Source: Nanobdellota archaeon (GTDB lineage: Archaea > Nanobdellota > Nanobdellia > Pacearchaeales > GW2011-AR1). Taken from it: 49,584 nt of DNA. The stretch is taken from positions 1-49,584 of the forward strand of contig JAUSIT010000028.1 of NCBI GenBank assembly GCA_030647965.1, in the 5' to 3' direction. Under the pieces are notes generated by a model that searched no databases, was not told where the DNA came from, and saw nothing but the letters and a program-made list of their open reading frames with translations. Positions within the stretch are counted from its first letter, which is position 1, and each line of letters begins with the position of its first letter. Positions 17,167 through 25,582 of the stretch are shown here, in pieces. The translations under genes were made by a program, and so were the position numbers.

Positions 17167-17944
17167 AACTGAACCTTTGCTTATAGAACCTAAAGCTATA
17201 CTTGCAGAAGACAAAGAAGTACATAGAAGAAGAGACTCTAGAGGTAGAGATTCAAGAGGTAGAAATAAAGAAAGTTATAAAAGATTTGATGAAGAAAAAA
17301 ATTTAGATGGCTGGATTCCAAAAACAGAATTAGGTAAAGATGTAAAGGCAGGAAAAATAAAAAGCGTAGATGAAATTTTTGAATCAGGAAGAAAAATTCT
17401 TGAAGCAGAAATTGTAGATAGTTTATTAGATTTAAAATCAGATTTATTAAATGTTGGGCAGTCAAAAGGCAAATTTGGCGGCGGAAAAAGAAGAGCTTTT
17501 AAACAAACTCAGAAAAAAACTAAAGAAGGAAATGTACCTACTTTTTCTGTTCTTGCAGTTGTTGGAAATGAACAAGGCTATATTGGAATGGCTTATGGAA
17601 GAGCAAAAGAAACTTTACCTGCAAGAGAAAAAGCAATAAGAAAAGCAAAATTAAATATTCAAAAAATACAAAGAGGATGTGGAAGTTATGATTGTTCATG
17701 CAAAGAACCACATAGTATTCCTATGAGAGTTCAGGGAAAATGTTCAAGTGTAACTGTAAAATTAATGCCTGCACCTCAGGGAACAGGATTAGTTGCAGGA
17801 GATCAATTGAAAAAAATATTAAAATTAGTAGGAATAAAAGATATTTATACAAAAACTTCTGGCACAGTAAGAACAACATTAAATACTGCAAAAGCTTGTG
17901 TAGATGCATTAGAAAAATTAAATGATGTACAATTCAAAAAATAA
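17156..17944 (+). CDS. rps5: 30S ribosomal protein S5 (uS5)
   Basis: W.PKT.LG..V, VVGN..G.IG, RGCGS.DC.C..PHS, PAPQGTGL. Confidence 0.97.
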   Translation: MENETEPLLIEPKAILAEDKEVHRRRDSRGRDSRGRNKESYKRFDEEKNLDGWIPKTELGKDVKAGKIKSVDEIFESGRKILEAEIVDSLLDLKSDLLNVGQSKGKFGGGKRRAFKQTQKKTKEGNVPTFSVLAVVGNEQGYIGMAYGRAKETLPAREKAIRKAKLNIQKIQRGCGSYDCSCKEPHSIPMRVQGKCSSVTVKLMPAPQGTGLVAGDQLKKILKLVGIKDIYTKTSGTVRTTLNTAKACVDALEKLNDVQFKK

Positions 17945-17945
17945 C

Positions 17946-18362
17946 ATGATAGCAATAATAAGAATTCATGGTAGAGTCGGAGTAGACAAAGATATAGATG
18001 AAACTTTATTTAGATTGAAAATAAGAAAAAAATTAGCATGCACTTTAATTGATGAAAAAGATAAAGTAGATTTTGGAATGTTGCAAAAAATAAGACATTA
18101 TGTTGCTTTTGGAAATGTTAGTGATGATGTAATGAAACAATTAATTGAAAAAAGAGGAGAAACACTAACAGGAAAAAGAATAGATAAAAAAGAAGTTGAT
18201 AAAATTTTAGATGAAATCAAAAAAGGAAACTGGAAGATAAAAGGATTTTTCAGATTGCATCCACCAATTGGCGGATTTAAAAAATCAACAAAACTTTCAT
18301 ATCCAAAAGGAATTATAGGAAAACATGAAGATATATCTAAATTATTATTGAGGATGCTATGA
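17946..18362 (+). CDS. rpl30: 50S ribosomal protein L30 (uL30)
   Basis: AIIRIHG, GML.KI, FRLHPP.GG, I..LL.RML. Confidence 0.95.
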   Translation: MIAIIRIHGRVGVDKDIDETLFRLKIRKKLACTLIDEKDKVDFGMLQKIRHYVAFGNVSDDVMKQLIEKRGETLTGKRIDKKEVDKILDEIKKGNWKIKGFFRLHPPIGGFKKSTKLSYPKGIIGKHEDISKLLLRML

Positions 18363-18943
18363 AGCTTAAAAAAAGAACAAAAAGGTCTAGACTAAGAGGA
18401 GCTGAAACTTGCGGCTGGGGCTTTAGACAAAAGCACAGAGGAAGTGGACACAAAGGCGGAGTTGGAATGGCTGGTTCTGGAAGACATAAAAAACAAATGG
18501 CATTAAATATGGCAGATGGTGGAAAATATTTTGGTAGAAGAGGATTTACAAGCAAGCCAACTGCAAAAAAAATAAATAAAGTTTTAAATTTACAAGAAAT
18601 AAAAAATAATTATTCAACTAAAGAAATTAATTTAAAAGATTATAAAATTTTAGGCAAGGGCGAAGGATTTAATGCAATTATAACTGCAGAATCTGCTTCA
18701 AAAAGCGCAATTGAAAAAATGGAAAAAGCAGGCGGAAAAATAATTGTTAGTAAAGTAGCAAAGGTAAAAAAAGTAAAATTAGCACCTGTTGTAAAAGAAA
18801 AAGATAAGGCAAAAGATAAAGCAAAAGCTGAAAAAGCAAAAGAAAATAAAGGGAAGTTGAAGCCACAAGAAACCGAAGGTGTCTTAGGCAAAGAAGTGAA
18901 AGCTGAAAAGCCAATAAAAAAAGAAAAAGCAAAAAAAGAGTAA
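18359..18943 (+). CDS. rpl15: 50S ribosomal protein L15 (uL15) with K/E-rich C-tail
   Basis: RG..TCGWG...HRGSG.KGG.GMAG, KILGKG, KAGG. Confidence 0.96.
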   Translation: MKLKKRTKRSRLRGAETCGWGFRQKHRGSGHKGGVGMAGSGRHKKQMALNMADGGKYFGRRGFTSKPTAKKINKVLNLQEIKNNYSTKEINLKDYKILGKGEGFNAIITAESASKSAIEKMEKAGGKIIVSKVAKVKKVKLAPVVKEKDKAKDKAKAEKAKENKGKLKPQETEGVLGKEVKAEKPIKKEKAKKE

Positions 18944-18996
18944 TTAGGTAAGCTTTAAAAATACTTTTTGTTTCAATTTATCAGAGGAATAATGAA

Positions 18997-20382
18997 ATGA
19001 ATTTAAAAGATATACTACATAATCTGCCTGAAATTCAGGGGCCAACTGAAAAAAAATTAGGTTTTAATGTTAAGCTTAAATGGACAATTATAATTTTAGT
19101 TGCGTTTTTTGTTTTAGCAAATATTCCATTATACGGACTTTCTGAGAATAATTTATCCAGATTCAAATATCTAGCTATTTTACTTGGAACTGAATTTGGT
19201 TCAATTATTTCTTTAGGTATTGGACCAATTGTTATGGCTTCTATTATTTTACAATTACTTGTTGGAGCAAAAATTTTAGAAATTGAAACAAGCACTCCTG
19301 AAGGAAAAAGATATTTTCAGGGTTTGCAGAAATTATTAGTTTTTGCATTTATAATTTTTGAAGCAATGGTTTATGTTTTAATGAAAGGACTTACTTCAAA
19401 TTCTATTTTAGGAATTTATGGTCCAATAATTTTAATAGTTCAGCTCTGTCTCGGCGGGCTGTTAATTGTTTTTATGGATGAAGTTGTTCATAAATGGGGA
19501 TTTGGTTCTGGAGTTAGTTTATTTATCGCAGCAGGAGTTGGCTGGAGATTATTTGCATCATTATTTCAATTTTTAGGACCTGAAAAAACACTTGAACCTT
19601 CTGGAAAGGTTTTGGTTTTAATTTCGTCTTTAATAAATTCAGATCCAACAGGAGCTACAAAAGCTCTTGGTGCGATTATTATAACTGCAATAATATTTTT
19701 AGTTGTTGTATGGGCTCAATCACTAAAAGTTGAAATTCCATTATCATTTGACAGAATGAGGGGATTTGGAATGAGATGGCCATTACAATTTTTTTATGCT
19801 TCGGTTATTCCAGTTATTTTAGTTTCTGCTCTTGCAGCTAATTTGCAATTATTTGCAAGTTTAATTGAAAATTGGGTGGGGCATGCAACATTTTTAGGAG
19901 GATTTTCTGCAGAAGGAACTCCGCTTTCAGGAATATCATTTTGGATTCATTCAACTCCTTTGCTAGATGCTATTCTTACTGGAAGTTTTAGATGGGTTTA
20001 TTTATTGCAGGGATTAGGTCATATTTTATTTTATACTATATTTTCAATTTTATTTGCATTTTTTTGGGTTAATACTTCTGGAATGGATGCTGCTTCACAG
20101 GCAAAAAATATAATGAAATCAGGATTGCAAATTCCTGGATTTAGAAAAGATGAAAGAGTTTTAGAGTCTATATTAAAGAGATATATTGCTCCACTAACAA
20201 TCATGGGTGGTGCTGCAATTGGCCTTTTAGCCTCAATTGCAGACTTATTAGGAGCATTAATTGGAGGAACATCAATATTGCTTGCAGTTATGATTTTATA
20301 TCAATTATACCAAAACATTGCTCAACAACATGCACTTGATATGCATCCTGCATTAAAAGGGGTTTTTGGAGGAAATTCATAA
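18997..20382 (+). CDS. secY: Protein translocase subunit SecY (Sec61-alpha)
   Basis: LGIGPIVMASIILQLL, WGFGSGVSLFIAAG, QIPGFR, GGTSILL. Confidence 0.98.
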   Translation: MNLKDILHNLPEIQGPTEKKLGFNVKLKWTIIILVAFFVLANIPLYGLSENNLSRFKYLAILLGTEFGSIISLGIGPIVMASIILQLLVGAKILEIETSTPEGKRYFQGLQKLLVFAFIIFEAMVYVLMKGLTSNSILGIYGPIILIVQLCLGGLLIVFMDEVVHKWGFGSGVSLFIAAGVGWRLFASLFQFLGPEKTLEPSGKVLVLISSLINSDPTGATKALGAIIITAIIFLVVVWAQSLKVEIPLSFDRMRGFGMRWPLQFFYASVIPVILVSALAANLQLFASLIENWVGHATFLGGFSAEGTPLSGISFWIHSTPLLDAILTGSFRWVYLLQGLGHILFYTIFSILFAFFWVNTSGMDAASQAKNIMKSGLQIPGFRKDERVLESILKRYIAPLTIMGGAAIGLLASIADLLGALIGGTSILLAVMILYQLYQNIAQQHALDMHPALKGVFGGNS

Positions 20383-20386
20383 TAAT

Positions 20387-20800
20387 ATGACTATTTCAGA
20401 ACTTATAATTTCTTATCCAATTTATGCAATTATAATAATTTCATTTATTGCAACTTTTGTATCTACATTAATAACAAAATGGCTTGTTAATCAGGAAAAC
20501 TTAAAAAATATTAAAAAAAGGCAAAAGGAAATTCAAACAGAATTAAAAAACTGCAAAGATGACTGCAAATTAAAAGAATTAAATGCTGAAATGATGCAGC
20601 TAACAGCATCAATGTTCAAAGATTCATTTAAACCATTAATAATAACTATGGTTCCATTTTTAATTTTATTTTATTGGATGAGCAGTGAATTTGCACCTTT
20701 AATTTCAGGAAAATTTTTATTTCCAATGTGGATTTGGTATTATTTAGGGGCAAGCATAGTTGCAAGTATTCTTTATAGAAAGTTATTGAAGATGGCGTGA
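20387..20800 (+). CDS. DUF106 / EMC3-TMCO1 (Oxa1 superfamily) membrane protein
   Basis: TM, coiled coil, SFKPLIITMVP, W..YY; position after secY. Confidence 0.85.
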   Translation: MTISELIISYPIYAIIIISFIATFVSTLITKWLVNQENLKNIKKRQKEIQTELKNCKDDCKLKELNAEMMQLTASMFKDSFKPLIITMVPFLILFYWMSSEFAPLISGKFLFPMWIWYYLGASIVASILYRKLLKMA

Positions 20801-20845
20801 AGTTTCTCTTTTAGGAAAAGAGAAGCTCTCAGGTAAGAGAAAACT
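20801..20845. terminator. Hairpin between convergent genes
   Basis: agtttctctttt-agg-aaaagagaagct. Confidence 0.4.
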
Positions 20846-20861
20846 ATTATTATAAAAAATT

Positions 20862-21251
20862 TTAGTGTTTATCCAACTCTTTATTCACAAGTAAATCTGC
20901 TTGTTCAATAAACTTGTTTTCTCGCTTGACATTTGCAAATTTTACTTTTCTATTATTTGTGAGAATATTGATTTTCTCATTTAGCTCTCTTAGATGCTCT
21001 TTGGTTATTTTATATTCGCCATTTAATTGTTTTACAACAAGCTCTGAATCAGAAAAAACTTCAACTTCATTGTCTTTAATATATTCAAGTGCTTTTATTA
21101 TTGCATTATACTCTGCTTCATTATTTGTTTTAATGCCTAAGAATTCAGAATATTTTTTTATTATTTCATTATTTTCAACAACAATAAAAGAGCATGCTGC
21201 TTTGCCAGGATTTCCTCTGCTTCCTCCATCGGTATAAATTTTTAAAACCAT
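20862..21251 (-). CDS. rnhA: Ribonuclease HI
   Basis: YTDGGSRGNPG, TNNEAEY, SDSELVVKQLNGEY, AD.L. Confidence 0.95.
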   Translation of the reverse strand: MVLKIYTDGGSRGNPGKAACSFIVVENNEIIKKYSEFLGIKTNNEAEYNAIIKALEYIKDNEVEVFSDSELVVKQLNGEYKITKEHLRELNEKINILTNNRKVKFANVKRENKFIEQADLLVNKELDKH

Positions 21252-21259
21252 TTTAATAT

Positions 21260-22072
21260 TTAAGAAAAATCCTTTAAATTTTGTTTTGCTTTTTTTATAA
21301 AATCGTTGTAATTTAAAATTCCAAACTCAGAAACAACTCCTGAAATAAATTTTTTTTCAACTAAATCAAATGCAGGATTTAAAACTTCAATATTTTTATT
21401 ATGTTTATTCCAGATTTCTTTTGCACTTCTAAATTCTATTTTTACTTTTTTAGCGTATTTTAAACTCATTCCGCAAGAATAAGCAGGAATTTTATGTAAA
21501 TGAGATATTTCAGCATACATATTTGTTCCAACTTTATTTACAACTCCTTTTTTCAAAAAAGCATCTGCTCCAAATAAAAATAAATCACATTTTTTCAAAG
21601 AGTAATCTACTGCACTATCTGGAACATGGATTACTTTTATTCCTGCTTTTGCCAAATCATTTGCAGTTTGTCTTCCCTGAAGCAGAGGTTCTGTTTCTGT
21701 ATTATAAACAACAAAATTTTTCTTTTGCTTTTTTGCTTGTTTTAATATATTTATTACAGAAGTTGAATGGCAGTGAGTAAAAACATTCATATCATTCTTT
21801 ATTAGATTTGAACCATATTTTGAAATTTTTTCATCTGAATTTTTTAAATAAGAAAATAATTTTTTAGCTGATTTTTTCTTATCTTTGAATTTTAATAAAA
21901 ATTTTATAGAATTTTGAAGCATGGGTTCTGTAGGCCTTGCTTTTAGAATTTTTTCTGCAGAGTTTCTGTCTGGCTGAAGCAAATATGCATTTATCCCTTC
22001 TCTAGCTATATTATTTGCACCTTGTATTTTAATATCTTTAATATCTTGAATAATCCTATCAAACCTCTCCAT
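21260..22072 (-). CDS. eIF2B alpha/beta/delta family protein, likely ribose-1,5-bisphosphate isomerase
   Basis: IQGA..IA, RPTEPM, THCHS, GADA, NKVGT, NPAFD. Confidence 0.8.
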   Translation of the reverse strand: MERFDRIIQDIKDIKIQGANNIAREGINAYLLQPDRNSAEKILKARPTEPMLQNSIKFLLKFKDKKKSAKKLFSYLKNSDEKISKYGSNLIKNDMNVFTHCHSTSVINILKQAKKQKKNFVVYNTETEPLLQGRQTANDLAKAGIKVIHVPDSAVDYSLKKCDLFLFGADAFLKKGVVNKVGTNMYAEISHLHKIPAYSCGMSLKYAKKVKIEFRSAKEIWNKHNKNIEVLNPAFDLVEKKFISGVVSEFGILNYNDFIKKAKQNLKDFS

Positions 22073-22103
22073 AAACAATATACTTCAAATAACTATAAAA
22101 GGT

Positions 22104-22289
22104 TTGCTGATGAAATGCTGAATTAAATATTCTATTAATGATGCTCGCATAATTTGCACTTCGTTAAGATATTAAGTCGCCTAGCTGCTCCTAACTTTTA
22201 TTAATGATAAATCATTTTCTCATTATTTGATACAGTATTAATTATCCACATTTGCCGCCAGGCAAATCCATTTATCCTTGCATCAGCAA
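22104..22289 (-). repeat. ~200 bp structured dispersed repeat (family A), copy 1
   Basis: Reverse complement attaataaaagttaggagcagctaggcgacttaatatcttaacgaagtgcaaattatgcgagc nearly matches ~28428-28491. Confidence 0.9.
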
Positions 22290-22348
22290 CATTATATACT
22301 CCAAAACGATTAGCCAACATTTAAAAATTAAATCAAACTTAAAGAAAG

Positions 22349-23206
22349 ATGATAGAGATGATAGTAAAGCCAAAAAGAGCTGAAAGAAGACCTTGGGAAA
22401 TGTTTTTTATAGGAATACTTTATGCATCTATTTCACTTTTGCTTGTAAGCTTTGTTTTTTCAAAAGATTCTGTTTTAAATCAATACGGGGGAATTTTAAT
22501 GATTACCTTTACTGTCATCTGTTCTCTACCATTTATGTATTATTTAATAAAATTAGAAGAAGGAAAAGATGTTGAAATTTCAAAAAGTGGGAGATTATTA
22601 AAAGAACATTCAAAAGCAATTAGTGCTTTAATTTGGCTTTTCATGGGTTTTGTTGTTGCATTTTCTTTTTGGTATTTGGTTTTGCCAGAATATACTCCTC
22701 AAAATTTTAATGCACAAATAAAAGTTTTTTGTGCAATTAATAATCCTGCTAATTTTGATTATTGCATACAACAACATGGAATTTCTTCTCCTGTAACAGG
22801 AAATGTTGCAAGACAGCAATTACTAATTAATATTTTTGCAAATAATATTTATGTTTTAATATTTACTGTTTTATTTTCATTAGCATTTGGAGCAGGGGCA
22901 ATTTTTGTTTTAGCATGGAATGCTTCTGTAATTGCTGCTGCAGTAGGTATTTTTGCAGAAAAAAGTTTAGTAAATCTACCTATTGGAATTTTAAGATATA
23001 TGATTCATGGAATACCTGAAATCGGAGCATATTTTATAGGGGCGTTGGCCGGAGGAATTATTTCAGTAGCAATAATTAGAAAAGACTTAGAAGGCGAAAG
23101 AATGTGGAGAATTTTACAAGATTCTTTATTACTTATGATAATTGCAATAGTAATATTATTTGTTGCAGCCTTAGTTGAAGTATATATTACTCCTAATTTC
23201 TTTTAG
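22349..23206 (+). CDS. SpoIIM/DUF95 family membrane protein
   Basis: IFANN, WNAS.I, HGIPEIGAY, AALVEVYIT. Confidence 0.85.
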   Translation: MIEMIVKPKRAERRPWEMFFIGILYASISLLLVSFVFSKDSVLNQYGGILMITFTVICSLPFMYYLIKLEEGKDVEISKSGRLLKEHSKAISALIWLFMGFVVAFSFWYLVLPEYTPQNFNAQIKVFCAINNPANFDYCIQQHGISSPVTGNVARQQLLINIFANNIYVLIFTVLFSLAFGAGAIFVLAWNASVIAAAVGIFAEKSLVNLPIGILRYMIHGIPEIGAYFIGALAGGIISVAIIRKDLEGERMWRILQDSLLLMIIAIVILFVAALVEVYITPNFF

Positions 23207-23250
23207 ATTTAGAATAAACTCCTATGAATTATTAATTTCTTGGGTCTTTA

Positions 23251-24243
23251 CTATCCTTCAATTCTTCTGTATGAACAGTTTCCTTTATTGTTTTCAGGCC
23301 TGTGACAAGGAAATTCCTCAAGAATTTTTTTGCTTAAATCAGATATTAAATCTCGTTTCATATTACCAACTATAGTTTCATTGCCTACACATGGGCTTAC
23401 ATCCCCGTTTCCATATATACACATATGCTCAACACACGGACTTGTTCTAAAATTACTATATATTGGGTGAATAAATCCATATTCAGAATCAACTCTTTTT
23501 ACTATCTCATTTATTCGATCAATTTCATTTTGATTTAAAACAAGACTTCTGTTAAAACTATCGCCAGTACATCTTCCTGCAGGTACATAAGTACAAAATA
23601 CAACCCAAAAATTATTATCCCGGCAATATCTTAATGTCTGTTCAACTTCATGCACATTTTTTTTGCTAACAACCATATCAAAACCTATTCTAGTTGTACC
23701 ATCTTCTTGAGTTTTATTAAAACCATGTTCAACTAGTTTTTTAATTGCTTCATTTCTTTGTTGAAAATATTTTCCAATTTTGTCTCCAACAAGCCAATTT
23801 TGATATTCAGAATTAAATAAACTGTCACATTTTGGGTATACGCTTGCACCAGAATCATATAATCTTTTTACAAATTCATCGTCTCTTAATTTTGTTGCGG
23901 CATCTGTAAATACAATCGGCACAAGGCCTGAATCTCTTGTATATTTCATTATTTCAAAAAAATTCTTATCGATTGTAGGCTCTCCTTCACCCAAATAATC
24001 AATTGCTTTTACATGAGACATTTTTGAAATCTGATTTATCGTATTTTTTATTTCACCAAAATCTAAAGTTCTTTTTTTCTTGTCAGTAAAACAATGAAAG
24101 CAATTATGAGGACATTCATGGGTCATTATTCTTGCATCTATTACTGAATTTGGCCCGAATTGCCATCCATTTAGGACTGCTCCAATTCCAATTGGAACCT
24201 TTCCTAATCCATAATATTCTTTTTCTGTAAGTTTTCTTTCCAT
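23251..24243 (-). CDS. Radical SAM protein with SPASM/twitch-like C-terminus
   Basis: CPHNCFHC, GEGEP, C...GDVSPC...C...C. Confidence 0.9.
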   Translation of the reverse strand: MERKLTEKEYYGLGKVPIGIGAVLNGWQFGPNSVIDARIMTHECPHNCFHCFTDKKKRTLDFGEIKNTINQISKMSHVKAIDYLGEGEPTIDKNFFEIMKYTRDSGLVPIVFTDAATKLRDDEFVKRLYDSGASVYPKCDSLFNSEYQNWLVGDKIGKYFQQRNEAIKKLVEHGFNKTQEDGTTRIGFDMVVSKKNVHEVEQTLRYCRDNNFWVVFCTYVPAGRCTGDSFNRSLVLNQNEIDRINEIVKRVDSEYGFIHPIYSNFRTSPCVEHMCIYGNGDVSPCVGNETIVGNMKRDLISDLSKKILEEFPCHRPENNKGNCSYRRIEG

Positions 24244-24353
24244 TTTATTTTTAATCCTATTTATTTGTTGGGCATAGAATTATAGATAAAACCTTGCTTG
24301 TAAATTTTTATCAAAATAACAAAATTTAAATACTAAATGTTACTATGATATAA

Positions 24354-25349
24354 ATGGTTTTAAAACTTGACACAAAAGATTTAAGGATTCTAGCAGAACT
24401 AGACAAAAACGCCAGACAGTCAAACCGCAAGATTGGAAAAAAAGTTGGTTTAAGCAAAGAAGTTGTGAAATATAGAATTGACAAACTTATTGAAAATAAA
24501 ATTATAGTAAGATTTCATACTATAACTAATTATTTCAAATTAGGAATAATGAAGTTCAAACTTTATCTAAGACTTACAAATATAAATAAAAAGAAAATAG
24601 AAGAAATTGCTAATTATTTTAAGAATAATAAAACAACTGAATGGGATGTTTTTTGCACAGGACGGTGGGATATAATTATAGGTTTCCTTGTGCATAATGT
24701 TAATGAATTCGATGATGAAATACAAAATGTAATGAATAAGTACTCAAAATATATTCAAGAAAAAGCAGTTACAACTACTCTTCATCTTGTTCATCAGGAA
24801 AGAGGATTTCTGGGCAAAGGAAAAAATCCCCCTATTTTTCATACATTAAAAGATAAAAAAGAAGATATTGATAATATAGATTTGGAAATATTAAAAATTC
24901 TTGCAAATAATGCGAGAATGCCTATAATAGATATAGCTGAAATAATAAAAACCACTCCAAGAATAGTCCAATATAAAATCAAGCAATTAGAAAAGAAAGG
25001 GATAATACTTGCATATAAAGCTCATCTTAATCCAAAGCAAATTGACAGGATTTTCTGCAAAGCAATTCTTTATCTTACGAATCTTACTCAAGAAAAAGAA
25101 AAAAAATTTATTTCTTATGCGTCTTCAATTCCTGATGTAGTCTGGCCTCAGAAAGTTTTAGGAGATTGGGATTTTGAGCTTGATTGTGAAGTTGAAAGTT
25201 ATGATCATTTTCAGAATATCTTACTTGACCTAAAAGAAAAATTTCCAGAGATCATAAAGGATTACGAATTCTGCATAGTTTCAGAAGAATACAAGCTTGA
25301 TTTTTTTCCCGGGGCTTACAGAGAGAAGTTAATTAATAAAGAACTTTAG
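24354..25349 (+). CDS. Lrp/AsnC regulator with tandem-duplicated HTH+RAM domains
   Basis: LDTKDLRILAELDKNARQS and IDNIDLEILKILANNARMP; G.WD in both halves. Confidence 0.9.
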   Translation: MVLKLDTKDLRILAELDKNARQSNRKIGKKVGLSKEVVKYRIDKLIENKIIVRFHTITNYFKLGIMKFKLYLRLTNINKKKIEEIANYFKNNKTTEWDVFCTGRWDIIIGFLVHNVNEFDDEIQNVMNKYSKYIQEKAVTTTLHLVHQERGFLGKGKNPPIFHTLKDKKEDIDNIDLEILKILANNARMPIIDIAEIIKTTPRIVQYKIKQLEKKGIILAYKAHLNPKQIDRIFCKAILYLTNLTQEKEKKFISYASSIPDVVWPQKVLGDWDFELDCEVESYDHFQNILLDLKEKFPEIIKDYEFCIVSEEYKLDFFPGAYREKLINKEL

Positions 25350-25408
25350 AAAAACGAGTTAAACTAAATCACCGAAACTATTTTAAATCAAACAATTTTG
25401 TATTTTTC

Positions 25409-25543
25409 ATGGCAAAATACAATTGCAGTACTTGCGGTTATTCTACAACAAGCGGCAGACAACCAAAAAAATGCCCTTATTGCAGCAGAGAAAACACAAT
25501 GGAAGAGGAAGAAAACGCAGAAGAAATTCTAAGCAGATCTTAA
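25409..25543 (+). CDS. 44 aa Zn-ribbon/rubredoxin-like protein (absent from ORF track)
   Basis: MAKYNCSTCGY...PKKCPYC...EEEENAEEIL; TATA-like TTTTAAAT ~25 nt upstream. Confidence 0.75.
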   Translation: MAKYNCSTCGYSTTSGRQPKKCPYCSRENTMEEEENAEEILSRS

Positions 25544-25582
25544 AATCCAGTGTTATTAAAATAGTACTAAAAACTTAGAGAA

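Noticed and set aside
17231-17260. 15 bp tandem repeat (RDSRG x2) in rps5
   Set aside because: Simple local duplication in a variable tail; covered under the extension finding.
8627-19295. Many minus-strand ORFs over the r-protein operon (e.g. 8627-9076, 10276-10662, 15328-15762)
   Set aside because: Antisense shadows of well-supported genes; F/L/S-rich mirror of K/E codons.
20914-21780. Plus-strand ORFs 20914-21237 and 21523-21780
   Set aside because: Antisense to rnhA and the isomerase gene.
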